Part shown: in pieces, positions 10,269 through 20,172 of the stretch | Layout of the letters: each line of letters starts with the position of its first letter | How positions within the stretch are numbered: position 1 is the stretch's first letter | Source of the DNA: Candidatus Alloenteromonas pullicola | GTDB taxonomy: Bacteria; Bacillota_I; Bacilli_A; RFN20; CAG-826 | Direction: 5' to 3' | Length of the DNA stretch: 58,044 nt | NCBI GenBank assembly: GCA_018714785.1 | Contig: DVMV01000014.1 | Location: 1 to 58,044, forward strand | Notes under the pieces: generated by a model | Told to the model about the DNA's origin: nothing | Database searches by the model: none | The model's input: only the letters and a program-made list of their open reading frames with translations | Position numbers and translations under genes: made by a program

Positions 10269-11036
10269 ATGGGACACAAAGTCAATGCAGTCGGAATGCG
10301 CATCGGCGTCAACCGCGACTGGAATTCCAAATGGTTCGCTTCCAAGGCTGATTTCTCCTCCTTCCTCATCGAGGACATCAAGATCCGCCGCTACCTCGAC
10401 GAGGAACTGAAGACCGCCGCCCTCTCCCACATCGTCATCGGCCGCGTCAAGACCGATAAGGGCCACAACATCACCGTCAAGGTCTATGTTGCCCGCCCGG
10501 GCGAGGTGCTAGGGCAAGACGGCACCAACGTCGCCCGCCTCCGCGGCGAGCTGACCAAGCTCCTCAACGTCGACACCGAGAAGGACAAGCTCTCGCTCAA
10601 CGTCGTCGAGGTCCTTAACCCCGACCTAGATGCCACCCTCATCGCGAAGTGGGTCTCCGGCGAGCTAGAGAACCGCGCCGCCTTCCGCTCCACCATGAAG
10701 AAGGCCATCCAGCGCATGAGGAAAGCCGGCGCCAAGGGATGCAAGATCCAGTGCTCCGGCCGTCTTGGAGGCGCTGAGATCGCCAGGCGCGAAGGCTACA
10801 AGGAGGGCGTCGTCCCCCTGCACACCATCCGCGCCGACATCGACTTCGCCCACGTCGACGCCGCCACCACCTACGGCCGCATCGGCGTCAAGGTGTGGAT
10901 CTGCCGCTCCCTATCGAAGATCGGCACCGAAGAAGTCAACGAGCCCGCCCCGCGCGATTCCCGTCCTAGCCACGGCGATCGCCGTCGCCCGGCCCCCAAA
11001 GGAGGCATGAACAATGCTGCAACCAAAGCGCGTTAA
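10269..11036 (+). CDS. rpsC: 30S ribosomal protein S3 (extended basic/Pro-rich C-terminus)
   Basis: 255 aa; [24 protein letters not shown]...; the 3' end overlaps rplP by 23 nt. Confidence 0.96.
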   Translation: MGHKVNAVGMRIGVNRDWNSKWFASKADFSSFLIEDIKIRRYLDEELKTAALSHIVIGRVKTDKGHNITVKVYVARPGEVLGQDGTNVARLRGELTKLLNVDTEKDKLSLNVVEVLNPDLDATLIAKWVSGELENRAAFRSTMKKAIQRMRKAGAKGCKIQCSGRLGGAEIARREGYKEGVVPLHTIRADIDFAHVDAATTYGRIGVKVWICRSLSKIGTEEVNEPAPRDSRPSHGDRRRPAPKGGMNNAATKAR

Positions 11037-11580
11037 ATACCGTCGCCCCCACGGGCTTAAGTACGAGGGCCGCGCCAAGGCCGGAACCTCCGTCGAATTC
11101 GGAGAGTACGGACTAGCCGCCCTAGAGGGCAACTACATCACCGACCACCAGATCGAGGCCGCCCGTATCGTGCTCGCACGCTACACCGACCGCGCTGGCA
11201 AGGTCTGGATCAGGATCTTCCCGCATCTAGCCAAGACCAAGAAGCCCGCCGAAGTCCGAATGGGTTCCGGCAAAGGCTCCCCCGAAGGCTGGGTCGCCGT
11301 CGTCAAGAAGGGAATGGTCATGTTCGAGATCGGCGGAATCGACCCCGCCAAAGCGCGGCGCGCCCTTCAGCTTGCCGGATACAAACTCCCGGTCAAGACC
11401 AAAGTCGTCAAGCGCACCAAGGCCCTCTCCAATGAGGAGCTCCTCAAGATGGAAGAGACCCACGAGTCCTCGCTAGAGGCCATCGAGGCCGAGGACCAGA
11501 TCAAGGTCGAGACCGTGGCTGACACCGGAAACGATGCCGCTGCCACCCCGGATGCAGCCGAGACCAAGGAGGCCAAGTAA
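11014..11580 (+). CDS. rplP: 50S ribosomal protein L16 (acidic C-terminal tail of about 50 aa)
   Basis: 188 aa; [13 protein letters not shown]...; AAAGGAGG lies 8 nt upstream of ATG 11014. Confidence 0.96.
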   Translation: MLQPKRVKYRRPHGLKYEGRAKAGTSVEFGEYGLAALEGNYITDHQIEAARIVLARYTDRAGKVWIRIFPHLAKTKKPAEVRMGSGKGSPEGWVAVVKKGMVMFEIGGIDPAKARRALQLAGYKLPVKTKVVKRTKALSNEELLKMEETHESSLEAIEAEDQIKVETVADTGNDAAATPDAAETKEAK

Positions 11581-11780
11581 TGGAAGCCAAAGAATTCCGC
11601 GAACTTACCTCGGAAGAGCTCGACAAGAAGATATACGAGCTCAAGGAAGAGCTCTTCGAGCTTCGCCGCAAGAAGGCGGTGGGGCAACTAGAGCATGGCG
11701 AGCAGGTCCGCCTAGTCAGGAAGGACCTCGCCAAAGCCGAGACCGTCAAGCGTCAGAAGGCGCTTGGCATCGCCAAGTAG
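11580..11780 (+). CDS. rpmC: 50S ribosomal protein L29
   Basis: 66 aa; [29 protein letters not shown]...; TAATG overlap with rplP. Confidence 0.96.
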   Translation: MEAKEFRELTSEELDKKIYELKEELFELRRKKAVGQLEHGEQVRLVRKDLAKAETVKRQKALGIAK

Positions 11781-11796
11781 AGAAGGAGAACAGGAT

Positions 11797-12147
11797 ATGG
11801 AAAGAAATCATCGGACCACTGTCCAGGGCGTCGTCACATCCGTGAAGATGAGCAAGACGATCGTCGTCACCGTCTCCACCGAGCGCAATGACCCCATCTA
11901 TCAGAAGCGCGTTGGCTACTCTAAGAAGTACTACGCCCATGATGAGAAGAACGAGGCCGCCGTCGGCGACACCGTCACCATCATGGCCTGCCGCCCGCTT
12001 TCCAAGCTGAAGAGGTACCGCCTCGTCAGCGTCGACAAGCACGCCACTCTGGCCCAGACCGCCGCTGAGGCGGAGGAAGCGCTGGAGGCCAGCGAGGGTT
12101 CGGCCGCCGAGGTCGCCCCTGAAGCGGAAGCCAAGGAGGGCGAATAA
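11797..12147 (+). CDS. rpsQ: 30S ribosomal protein S17 (acidic C-terminal tail)
   Basis: The track ORF starts at 11764. The preferred start is ATG 11797, behind GAAGGAG ([15 protein letters not shown]...). 116 aa. Confidence 0.95.
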   Translation: MERNHRTTVQGVVTSVKMSKTIVVTVSTERNDPIYQKRVGYSKKYYAHDEKNEAAVGDTVTIMACRPLSKLKRYRLVSVDKHATLAQTAAEAEEALEASEGSAAEVAPEAEAKEGE

Positions 12148-12515
12148 TGATCCACAACGAAACCAACCTTGTGGTCGCCGACAACTCCGGCGCCCGCTCC
12201 GTCAGGGTCTTCCGCCTCTATGGCGGATCCCACCGCAAGACCTCTTCCATCGGCGACGTCGTCCTGTGCGCCGTCAAGGATGCCATCCCCAACGGGAAGG
12301 TCAAGAAGAGCGACGTCGTCAAGGGCGTCATCGTCCGCGTCAAGCACCCCGTGCAGCGCAAGGACGGCTCGACCATCGCCTTCGACGACAACGCCATCGT
12401 CTTGATCGACAACGACGGCAACCCCATCGGGACCCGCGTCTTCGGGCCTGTCGCCCGTGAGCTCCGCGACCGCGGATACATGAAGATCATCTCGCTCGCC
12501 ATCGAGGTGCTATAA
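12147..12515 (+). CDS. rplN: 50S ribosomal protein L14
   Basis: 122 aa; [17 protein letters not shown]... Confidence 0.98.
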   Translation: MIHNETNLVVADNSGARSVRVFRLYGGSHRKTSSIGDVVLCAVKDAIPNGKVKKSDVVKGVIVRVKHPVQRKDGSTIAFDDNAIVLIDNDGNPIGTRVFGPVARELRDRGYMKIISLAIEVL

Positions 12516-12526
12516 GGAGAAGGGAT

Positions 12527-12835
12527 ATGAACATCAAAAAAGGTGATAAAGTCATCGTCATCTCCGGCGCCGACAAAGGCAAGGAGGGGACCGTTCAGAG
12601 GGTCTACCCGAAGCTGAACAAAGTCGTCGTTGAGGGAGTCAACGTCCACAAGAAGCACAAGAAGCCGACTCAGGCCGTCCCCGAGGGATCGGTCGTCGAG
12701 GTCTATGTGCCCTTCGATGCGTCCAACGTCGCCCTCATCGATCCGAAGACCAAGAAGCCGACCCGCGTCCACATGGGCGTGGTCAACGGCAAGAAGGTTC
12801 GCCTGGCCAAGTCCGGCGAATCGCTAGACAAGTAA
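12527..12835 (+). CDS. rplX: 50S ribosomal protein L24
   Basis: 102 aa; [21 protein letters not shown]... Confidence 0.97.
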   Translation: MNIKKGDKVIVISGADKGKEGTVQRVYPKLNKVVVEGVNVHKKHKKPTQAVPEGSVVEVYVPFDASNVALIDPKTKKPTRVHMGVVNGKKVRLAKSGESLDK

Positions 12836-12848
12836 GGAGGAAGCCAAA

Positions 12849-13451
12849 ATGGCAGAAACTAAGAAGAAAGCCGTCAAGGCGGCCCCCGAAGCTGCCTCCG
12901 AAGGCAAGTACGTCAACCGCCTCCAGGCCAAGTACAAGGACGAGATCGTCCCCGCCTTGGTCAAGGAGTTCGGCTACACGACCATCATGCAGGCCCCGCG
13001 CCTTGAGAAGATCGTCATCAACATCGGCGTCGGCGACGCAACCGCCAACGCCAAGGCCCTCGATGACGCGGTCAACGACCTCACCATCATCTCCGGCCAG
13101 AAGCCGGTCGTCACCAAGGCCAAGAAGTCCATCGCGACCTTCAAGGTCCGCGAGGGCCAGGCCATCGGGTGCAAGGTCACCCTCCGCGGCGTCAGGATGT
13201 ACGAGTTCCTCGACAAGCTCGTCTCGATCGCCCTCCCCCGCGTCCGCGACTTCCGCGGCGTGAGCCGGAACGCCTTCGACGGGCACGGAAACTACACCCT
13301 CGGCGTCAAGGAGCAGCTGATCTTCCCGGAGATCGACTACGATAAGATCGCCAAGGTCCGCGGCATGGACGTCGTCATCGTCACCACCGCCCGCACCGAC
13401 AAGGAGGCGGCATCCCTGCTCGAGAAGCTCGGCATGCCCTTCAGGAAATAA
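12849..13451 (+). CDS. rplE: 50S ribosomal protein L5
   Basis: 200 aa; about 20 extra N-terminal residues, then [15 protein letters not shown]... Confidence 0.97.
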   Translation: MAETKKKAVKAAPEAASEGKYVNRLQAKYKDEIVPALVKEFGYTTIMQAPRLEKIVINIGVGDATANAKALDDAVNDLTIISGQKPVVTKAKKSIATFKVREGQAIGCKVTLRGVRMYEFLDKLVSIALPRVRDFRGVSRNAFDGHGNYTLGVKEQLIFPEIDYDKIAKVRGMDVVIVTTARTDKEAASLLEKLGMPFRK

Positions 13452-13463
13452 GGAGCTTCAACA

Positions 13464-13649
13464 ATGGCTAAGAAAAGCTTGATCATAAAAGAGCAGCGGA
13501 CCCCGAAGTTCTCTACCCGCGCCTACACCCGTTGCAAGCGCTGCGGCCGTCCCCACGGCGTCATCCGCCGCTTCGGGCTATGCCGCATCTGCCTCCGCGA
13601 GCTCGCCTACAAGGGCGAGATCCCGGGCATGAAGAAGGCCAGCTGGTAA
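13464..13649 (+). CDS. rpsN: 30S ribosomal protein S14, zinc-binding type Z
   Basis: 61 aa; CxxC...CxxC ([20 protein letters not shown]). Confidence 0.97.
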   Translation: MAKKSLIIKEQRTPKFSTRAYTRCKRCGRPHGVIRRFGLCRICLRELAYKGEIPGMKKASW

Positions 13650-13666
13650 AGGAAAGGAGAGAGAAA

Positions 13667-14062
13667 ATGAACGCAGATCCAATCGCTGATATGCTCACTC
13701 GCATCCGCAACGCGAACAAGTTGCGCTACGAGGCGGTCTCCCTCCCCTCTTCCAAAATGAAGGAAGGGATCGCCGAGATCCTCAAGAAGGAAGGCTTCAT
13801 CGAGTCGTTCCAAGTCGAGGACAATTCCGGCAAGAAGACGCTCACCATCGCCCTCAAGTACTCCTCCACCGGGGAGCGCGTCATCACTGGGCTGAAGCGC
13901 ATCTCCAAGCCTGGCCTCCGCGTCTACGCCGAGGCCGACAAGATCCCAAGCGTCCTCAAGGGCCTTGGAATCGCCATCGTATCCACCCCCAACGGACTGC
14001 TCACCGACAAGGAGGCCCGCAAGGCCCACGTCGGCGGGGAAGTCCTCTGCTACATCTGGTAA
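13667..14062 (+). CDS. rpsH: 30S ribosomal protein S8
   Basis: The track ORF starts at 13532, inside rpsN. The real start is ATG 13667, behind GGAAAGGAGAG ([16 protein letters not shown]...). 131 aa. Confidence 0.97.
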   Translation: MNADPIADMLTRIRNANKLRYEAVSLPSSKMKEGIAEILKKEGFIESFQVEDNSGKKTLTIALKYSSTGERVITGLKRISKPGLRVYAEADKIPSVLKGLGIAIVSTPNGLLTDKEARKAHVGGEVLCYIW

Positions 14063-14078
14063 TCAAGGAGGAAAGAAA

Positions 14079-14630
14079 ATGTCACGTATCGGATTCAAAC
14101 CCGTAGTCCTTCCTTCTGGCGTCTCCGTCGAAGTCAAAGACGGGGAAGTCGTCGTCAAAGGAGCCAAAGGCGAATTAAGCGTTGCCGTCCCGGCCAACGT
14201 CAGCGTCGAGGTCAAAGACGGCGAGTTGCTCTGCCACCGCGCTGGAGAGGAACAGAAAGACCTCGAGATGCACGGAACCACCAGGGCAAACCTGCACAAT
14301 GCCGTCGTCGGCGTCTCCGAGGGCTTCAAGAAGGAGCTCGAGATCTCCGGCATCGGCTACCGCTGCGCCATGCGCGGCACCGACCTGGTCCTCAACGTCG
14401 GGTTCTCCCACGAAGTCGTCCTGCACCCCCTCGAGGGCGTCAAGGTGACCACCCCGGACGAGACCCACATCGTCGTCGAGGGCATCGACAAGCAGAAGGT
14501 CGGCCAGACCGCCGCCCTCATCCATGACACCAAGCGTCCTGAGCCGTATGGCGGAAAGGGCATCAAGTACAAGGGTGAGGTCATAATCCGCAAGGAAGGC
14601 AAGCGCGCCTCCGCCGGCGGCAAGAAGTAA
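14079..14630 (+). CDS. rplF: 50S ribosomal protein L6
   Basis: The track ORF starts at 13965. The real start is ATG 14079, behind AAGGAGG (MSRIGFKPVVLPSGV...). 183 aa. Confidence 0.97.
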   Translation: MSRIGFKPVVLPSGVSVEVKDGEVVVKGAKGELSVAVPANVSVEVKDGELLCHRAGEEQKDLEMHGTTRANLHNAVVGVSEGFKKELEISGIGYRCAMRGTDLVLNVGFSHEVVLHPLEGVKVTTPDETHIVVEGIDKQKVGQTAALIHDTKRPEPYGGKGIKYKGEVIIRKEGKRASAGGKK

Positions 14631-14645
14631 AGGAGCGTGTAAGTC

Positions 14646-15002
14646 ATGATCGCAAAAGAAAGCAGAAACAGCGTCCGCGTCCGTCGCCACCTCCGTGTGC
14701 GCGAGAAGGTCCACGGCACTTCATCCAAGCCACGTCTATGCGTATTCCGCTCCAACAAGCACATCGAAGCGCAGATAATAGACGACGAGAAGGGAATCAC
14801 CCTAGCCTCGTCCTCGTCCACCCAGCTGAAGCTCGCCAACGGCGGCAACTGCGAAGCGGCTGCCAAAGTCGGTGAAGACCTCGCCAAGAAAGCCCTCGCC
14901 AAAGGCATTGAGGAAGTCGTGTTCGACCGCGGCGGCTACATCTACCACGGCCGCGTGGCCGCCCTCGCCGAAGCGGCTAGGGAGAACGGGCTCAAGTTCT
15001 AA
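14646..15002 (+). CDS. rplR: 50S ribosomal protein L18
   Basis: 118 aa; ...[18 protein letters not shown]... Confidence 0.97.
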   Translation: MIAKESRNSVRVRRHLRVREKVHGTSSKPRLCVFRSNKHIEAQIIDDEKGITLASSSSTQLKLANGGNCEAAAKVGEDLAKKALAKGIEEVVFDRGGYIYHGRVAALAEAARENGLKF

Positions 15003-15013
15003 GGAGACAGAAA

Positions 15014-15730
15014 ATGGAAGAAGAAAAGAACATCGCCGCGGAAACCGCGGAGAACGAAGAAACCTCCTCCGACGCCACCTCTGGATATGAGCCCCATGGC
15101 TCGGCCAGCGCTGCCCGCCCCGGGGATAGGAAATACGGGAACCGCAAGGGACGCCCGCAGGAAAGGCGCGGCGGCCGCGGCGGATATCGCCGCAACGTCG
15201 ATGACTACTCCGAGAGGGTGGTCAAGATCAACCGCGTCTCCAAGACCGTCCAAGGCGGCAAGCACGTCCGCTTCTCGGCCCTCGCCGTCGTCGGCGATGG
15301 CAAGGGCAAGTACGGCTTCGCCCTCTGCAAATCCTCAGAGGTCCCCGATGCCATCAAGAAGGCCCTCGCCAAGTCCAGGAAGCAGATGACCACCATCGAG
15401 ATCAACGCCAATGGGACCATCGCCCATGATGTCGAAGGCGTCTACGGGTCGACCAAGGTCGTCCTGAAGCCCGCCCGCCCGGGCACCGGCGTCGTCGCCG
15501 GCGGACCGGTCCGCGCCATCGTTGAGCTCGCCGGAGTCAAGAACCTAGTCTCCAAAGTCTACGGCTCGCGCGCCCCGATCAACGTCATCAGGGCCACCGA
15601 CGCCGGGCTGAAGAGCCTGAAGCGCTACGAGAAGGTCATGGTGCTCAGGGGCCTGAAGACCGAAGAGGAGCTTCGCGCCCGCAAGATCGCCAAAGGCCAC
15701 GACGACAAAGCGCCGAAAGGAGATAAGTGA
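15014..15730 (+). CDS. rpsE: 30S ribosomal protein S5 with a roughly 68-aa acidic plus Arg/Gly-rich N-terminal extension
   Basis: 238 aa. The core starts near ERVVKINRVSKTVQGGKHVRFSALAVVGD. A strong AAGGAG lies 7 nt before ATG 15014. Confidence 0.95.
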   Translation: MEEEKNIAAETAENEETSSDATSGYEPHGSASAARPGDRKYGNRKGRPQERRGGRGGYRRNVDDYSERVVKINRVSKTVQGGKHVRFSALAVVGDGKGKYGFALCKSSEVPDAIKKALAKSRKQMTTIEINANGTIAHDVEGVYGSTKVVLKPARPGTGVVAGGPVRAIVELAGVKNLVSKVYGSRAPINVIRATDAGLKSLKRYEKVMVLRGLKTEEELRARKIAKGHDDKAPKGDK

Positions 15731-15732
15731 AA

Positions 15733-16185
15733 ATGTCATCCCTATCGAGTTTGCAAAACGCCGCCGGAGCTAGGACCGACTCCTTCCGCAAGGGCAGGGG
15801 CCGCGGCACCGGCAACGGCAAGACTGCCGGCAAGGGGACCAAAGGTCAGGGAGCCCACTCCCACACCAAGAAGAACGGCTACGAAGGTGGCCAGACCCCG
15901 ATCGCCCGCCGTCTTCCGAAGTTCGGCTTCCGCAAGTCGCACAAGAACCGCCGCATCGTCTACGTGGCGGTCAACCTCGACAAGCTCAATGCCTTCAAGG
16001 ACGGCTCGACCGTCAACGCCGCCGCACTCCGCGAAAAGAACATCATCAAGAAAGAGTTCGATGGTGTTAAAATCCTCGGGAAAGGCAGCCTTTCCAAGAA
16101 GCTAGTCGTCGAAGCCAAGGCGTTCTCCGCCTCGGCCAAGAAGGCCATCGAGGAGAAGGGCGGAGAGGCTAAGGTCATCGAATAA
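15733..16185 (+). CDS. rplO: 50S ribosomal protein L15
   Basis: 150 aa from ATG 15733 (the track uses GTG 15727). ...GRGTGNGKTAGKGTKGQ... It follows rpsE directly, so there is no room for rpmD. Confidence 0.95.
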   Translation: MSSLSSLQNAAGARTDSFRKGRGRGTGNGKTAGKGTKGQGAHSHTKKNGYEGGQTPIARRLPKFGFRKSHKNRRIVYVAVNLDKLNAFKDGSTVNAAALREKNIIKKEFDGVKILGKGSLSKKLVVEAKAFSASAKKAIEEKGGEAKVIE

Positions 16186-17546
16186 TGAAAAAGTTCGTCT
16201 CGATCTTCAAAAACAAAGATATCGTCGGCCGCATATTCTTCACGGTCATGATATTGTTCGTCATCAGAATCGGGGCGGCTATAACTGTTCCGGGCATATC
16301 CGTCGGCGATGAACTAAACGATGCCATGAATTCCGGCAACGCCATCGCCATGATGGATCTGCTCGGAGGCGGTGCCTTATCGAACTTCTCCGTGTTCGCC
16401 TTAGGCGTCTCCCCCTACATTACCGCCCAAATCATCATCCAGTTGCTCTCAAAGGATGTTCTTCCGGCCCTGACCGAGCTGTCCAAGCAAGGCCAATACG
16501 GCAGGAAGAAGATCGAGATGGCGACCCGCTACCTCACCCTCCTTCTCGGGGCGGTGCAGGCCTACGGGATCATCATGACGATGCAGAACAACTCCTACAT
16601 CTCATTGACGCTGGAGGATTCCTTCTGGACCTACGCCTACATCGTCACCGTGCTTCTGGCCGGGGCGATGCTCACAATGTGGCTGGGCGACCAGATAACC
16701 GAGAAGGGGCTCGGGAACGGCATCTCCGTCATCATCTTCGCCGGCTGCGTCCGCTCGCTGCCTATCCAGATATCCACCGCGTGGACCAAATGGGTCAGCA
16801 GCAACCTCGACCACGGCTCGACCGCCCTCATCACGGGCGCGTTCCAATTCGCCTTATACATCCTGGCCTTCGTCCTGATCGTGGCCGGCGTCGTCTTCTT
16901 CGAGATGAGTCGCCGCAAGATACCGGTGCAGCACGCCGGCAAGTCGGGCCTGAACGCCTCGATGTCCCGCGCCTCCTATTTGCCTATCAAGGTCAACAGC
17001 GCAGGCGTCATACCAGTAATATTCGCCTCTTCCATCATGATGGCCCCTTCGGTCATCGCGAGCTTCATCTCATCCGACGCTAGCCAAGCCAGCTGGCTCA
17101 CCATCTTCAACTATTCGGAGATGTACCCGATGCCCTGGTTCAACGGGGAGACGTGGGGGATGCCCTGGGGATTGCTGATATACATCTTCCTCATCGTCGT
17201 CTTCGCCTTCTTCTACGCCCAGATGCAGATCGATCCGGAGCAGCTAAGCGAGAACTTCCAGCGCAACGGCTCCTTCATCCCCGGCATCCGCCCGGGCAAG
17301 GAGACCGCCCGCTACGTCGGGAAGGTGCTTAACAGGGTAACCTGCATCGGCGCCATCTCCCTAGCGGCCATCAGCGCCCTCCCGCTCATCCTGGTCCTAT
17401 CCGGAGTGTTCGGGAACGACTCGAGCCTCGCCATCGGCGGCACCGGGATGATCATCATCGTCGGCGTCTGCATCGAGCTCAACAACCAGATCGACGGCTT
17501 GCTCGCCGGCAAATCGTTCGAGGAAGTTTCAGGAGGAAATGCCTAA
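16185..17546 (+). CDS. secY: Preprotein translocase subunit SecY
   Basis: 453 aa, polytopic; conserved position after rplO. Confidence 0.97.
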   Translation: MKKFVSIFKNKDIVGRIFFTVMILFVIRIGAAITVPGISVGDELNDAMNSGNAIAMMDLLGGGALSNFSVFALGVSPYITAQIIIQLLSKDVLPALTELSKQGQYGRKKIEMATRYLTLLLGAVQAYGIIMTMQNNSYISLTLEDSFWTYAYIVTVLLAGAMLTMWLGDQITEKGLGNGISVIIFAGCVRSLPIQISTAWTKWVSSNLDHGSTALITGAFQFALYILAFVLIVAGVVFFEMSRRKIPVQHAGKSGLNASMSRASYLPIKVNSAGVIPVIFASSIMMAPSVIASFISSDASQASWLTIFNYSEMYPMPWFNGETWGMPWGLLIYIFLIVVFAFFYAQMQIDPEQLSENFQRNGSFIPGIRPGKETARYVGKVLNRVTCIGAISLAAISALPLILVLSGVFGNDSSLAIGGTGMIIIVGVCIELNNQIDGLLAGKSFEEVSGGNA

Positions 17547-17547
17547 T

Positions 17548-18201
17548 ATGCTAAACATCATCCTAATGGGTCCCCCGGGAGCCGGCAAAGGCACCCAGGC
17601 CACCCGCCTAGAAGACGAGTTCCGCCTCCCGCATATCTCCACCGGGGATATGTTCCGCGAGGCCATCGCCAAGAAGACGCCGCTTGGGCTGCAGGCCCAG
17701 GCCATCATCGCCCGGGGCGACCTAGTCCCCGACGACGTCACCTGCGCGCTGGTCAAGGAACGCCTCTCCCAGGATGATTGCAAGGAAGGCTATCTCCTAG
17801 ATGGCTTCCCGCGCACCATCCCGCAGGCCGAAGCCCTGCAGAAGATGGGCGAGGAGATCGGTAGGCCGGTCACCTGCGTCATCGACCTCGAGGTCCCTGA
17901 GCAGGAGCTGATCCGCCGCATCTCCGGACGCCGCGTCTGCCCCAAGTGCGGGGCCAGCTACCACGTGGATACCATGAAACCCAAGGTCGATGGCATCTGC
18001 GATCGCTGCGGCGCCGAGCTCATCCAGCGCAAGGACGACAACGCCGCGTCATTCAAGACGAGGCTCGACAACTACTACAAGCAAACCCAGCCCCTCATCG
18101 ACTTCTACAAGGGGAAGGGCCTCTACGTGAGCTTCGACGGCACCAAGCCGCTCGAGGAGCTTAGCCAGGCGATCTCCGCCAAGCTAGAGGAGCTTAAGTG
18201 A
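17548..18201 (+). CDS. adk: Adenylate kinase (zinc-lid type)
   Basis: MLNIILMGPPGAGKGTQ...; lid is CPKCG...CDRCG. The alternative start ATG 17539 sits only 2 nt after AGGAGG, so I prefer 17548. Confidence 0.93.
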   Translation: MLNIILMGPPGAGKGTQATRLEDEFRLPHISTGDMFREAIAKKTPLGLQAQAIIARGDLVPDDVTCALVKERLSQDDCKEGYLLDGFPRTIPQAEALQKMGEEIGRPVTCVIDLEVPEQELIRRISGRRVCPKCGASYHVDTMKPKVDGICDRCGAELIQRKDDNAASFKTRLDNYYKQTQPLIDFYKGKGLYVSFDGTKPLEELSQAISAKLEELK

Positions 18202-18947
18202 TAATAATCAAATCTCCGCGCGAGATAGAGAAGATGCGGGCCGCCGGAAGGGTGGTCGCCAAAGTGTTCGAGGAAGTGGGGCCGCTGGTCAAGCCAGGGG
18301 TCACCACCCTCGAGCTCAATGACGCCGCCGAGAAGGTCATCCGGGGCGAAGGGGCCATCCCCTCCGAGCTCGGGTACTACGGCTATCCCGCCTCCATCTG
18401 CGCCTCGGTAAACGAGGTGATACTGCATGGCATCCCATCCTCCAAGAAGGTGCTCCACGACGGGGACATCGTCTCCCTCGACCTGTGCGCCACCTTGGAT
18501 GGCTACGTCGGCGATGCCTGCCGCACCTTCGCAGTCGGCATCTGCAGCCCCAGGGCGCTGAGGATGATCGACATCGCGAAGGAATGCTTCGAGGAATCCG
18601 TCAAGCTCGTGCGCCCGGGCGTCCACCTAGGCGACATCGGGCACGCGATCGAGGCCACCGCCCGCAAATACGGGTGCTCGGTCGCCAGGGAATACACCGG
18701 CCACGGCATCGGCACATCGATGCATGAGGACCCCTACGTTCCCTGCTATGGCACCCCCGGCACCGGGCCCGTGCTGCAGAAGGGCATGACCATCTGCATC
18801 GAGCCGATGATCTTCGAGGGTTCCAACCACGTCCGCGTCCTCAACGACGGCTGGACGGTGGTGGCCAAAGACGGGAAGCTCACCAGCCACTACGAGAACA
18901 CCATCGCCGTCACCGACGATGGCTACGAGATACTCACCAAGCTTTAG
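18198..18947 (+). CDS. map: Methionine aminopeptidase type I
   Basis: 249 aa; GTG start overlapping the adk stop (GTGA); metal ligands in the ...DLCATLDGYVGD...HGIG...E... pattern. Confidence 0.95.
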   Translation: MIIIKSPREIEKMRAAGRVVAKVFEEVGPLVKPGVTTLELNDAAEKVIRGEGAIPSELGYYGYPASICASVNEVILHGIPSSKKVLHDGDIVSLDLCATLDGYVGDACRTFAVGICSPRALRMIDIAKECFEESVKLVRPGVHLGDIGHAIEATARKYGCSVAREYTGHGIGTSMHEDPYVPCYGTPGTGPVLQKGMTICIEPMIFEGSNHVRVLNDGWTVVAKDGKLTSHYENTIAVTDDGYEILTKL

Positions 18948-18965
18948 CGAAAGGAGGAGAGACGT

Positions 18966-19187
18966 TTGAGCAAAGAAGACTGCATCGAAGTCGAGGCGAC
19001 CGTACTTGAGTGCCTTCCGGGCACCAACTTCAAGGTGAAACTCGCCAACGGAGCCGTGGTCCAAGCCTGCGTTTCGGGCAAAATCCGGATGAATTACATC
19101 CGCATTCTCCCCGGCGATCGGGTCACGGTCCAATTCTCACCTTACGATTTAACACGTGGGCGCATAACGTTCCGCCATCGGAACTAA
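18966..19187 (+). CDS. infA: Translation initiation factor IF-1
   Basis: 73 aa; TTG start; [25 protein letters not shown]... Confidence 0.96.
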   Translation: MSKEDCIEVEATVLECLPGTNFKVKLANGAVVQACVSGKIRMNYIRILPGDRVTVQFSPYDLTRGRITFRHRN

Positions 19188-19199
19188 AAGGAGAAAACA

Positions 19200-19313
19200 A
19201 TGAAAGTAAGACCGTCCGTCAAGCCGATCTGCGACAAGTGCAAAGTGATTCGGCGCCATGGCAAAGTCATGGTCATCTGCTCCAACCCCAAGCATAAGCA
19301 GCGTCAGGGCTAA
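19200..19313 (+). CDS. rpmJ: 50S ribosomal protein L36
   Basis: Not in the ORF track because it is only 37 aa. My hand translation is [37 protein letters not shown], behind AAAGGAG. Confidence 0.96.
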   Translation: MKVRPSVKPICDKCKVIRRHGKVMVICSNPKHKQRQG

Positions 19314-19335
19314 GCAAGAAAGGAATTAGAACAAA

Positions 19336-19710
19336 ATGGCACGTATAGTCGGGGTTGATATCCCCAACGAGAAGCGCATCGTCGTCTCTCTAACCTACAT
19401 CTACGGCATCGGCCCCTCGACCGCCGAGAAGATCTGCGCGGCCACCGGAGTCAGCGTCGACATCAGGACCAAGGACCTGACCGACGAGCAGTTGACCGCC
19501 CTCCGCAACGAGGTGTCCAAGTACCACACCGAGGGCGACCTCCGCCGCGAGACCGCGCTCAACATCAAGCGCCTCACCGAAATCGGATGCTACCGCGGCA
19601 TCCGCCACAAGAAGGGCCTTCCGGTCCGTGGCCAGCGCACCCGCACCAACGCCAGGACCCGCAAGGGAAAGAGGAAGACCATCGCCAACAAGAAGCAGGC
19701 GACTAAGTAA
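19336..19710 (+). CDS. rpsM: 30S ribosomal protein S13
   Basis: 124 aa; [26 protein letters not shown]... Confidence 0.98.
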   Translation: MARIVGVDIPNEKRIVVSLTYIYGIGPSTAEKICAATGVSVDIRTKDLTDEQLTALRNEVSKYHTEGDLRRETALNIKRLTEIGCYRGIRHKKGLPVRGQRTRTNARTRKGKRKTIANKKQATK

Positions 19711-19724
19711 GGAGGAAACTAAAA

Positions 19725-20135
19725 ATGGCAGCTTCAACCAAAGCCAAAGGCAAATCCACCACCGCCCGCAAGAAGAAGATAAAGCGCTCCTTCACCAAGG
19801 GCGTCGCTCATATCCACGCCACCTTCAACAACACCATCGTCACCATCACCGACCCGCAGGGGAACGTGATCGCCTGGTCCTCGGCCGGCGCGCTCGGCTA
19901 CAAGGGAGCCAAGAAATCGACCCCGTTCGCCGCTCAGCTCGCCTCGCAGGCCGCCGCTAAGGTCGCCTACGATCAGGGCCTCCGTCAGGTCGACGTCGAA
20001 GTGAAGGGCCCGGGTGCCGGCCGCGAATCGGCCGTCCGCGCCCTGGCCTCCGTCGGACTGCAGGTCCTTACCATCGAGGACACCACCCCGATCCCGCACA
20101 ACGGCTGCCGCCCGCCCAAGCGCCCTCGTGGATAG
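19725..20135 (+). CDS. rpsK: 30S ribosomal protein S11
   Basis: 136 aa; ...[22 protein letters not shown]... Confidence 0.98.
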   Translation: MAASTKAKGKSTTARKKKIKRSFTKGVAHIHATFNNTIVTITDPQGNVIAWSSAGALGYKGAKKSTPFAAQLASQAAAKVAYDQGLRQVDVEVKGPGAGRESAVRALASVGLQVLTIEDTTPIPHNGCRPPKRPRG

Positions 20136-20172
20136 TCTCCACCAAACGCATTGACCATCAGGAGGTAAATAA

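Noticed and set aside
15728-15730. Possibility of genetic code 4 (UGA=Trp), given the Mollicutes-like compact ribosomal synteny.
   Set aside because: TGA clearly terminates conserved genes at their expected ends (for example rpsE and adk). Trp is encoded by TGG throughout, and no conserved gene is interrupted by an in-frame TGA.
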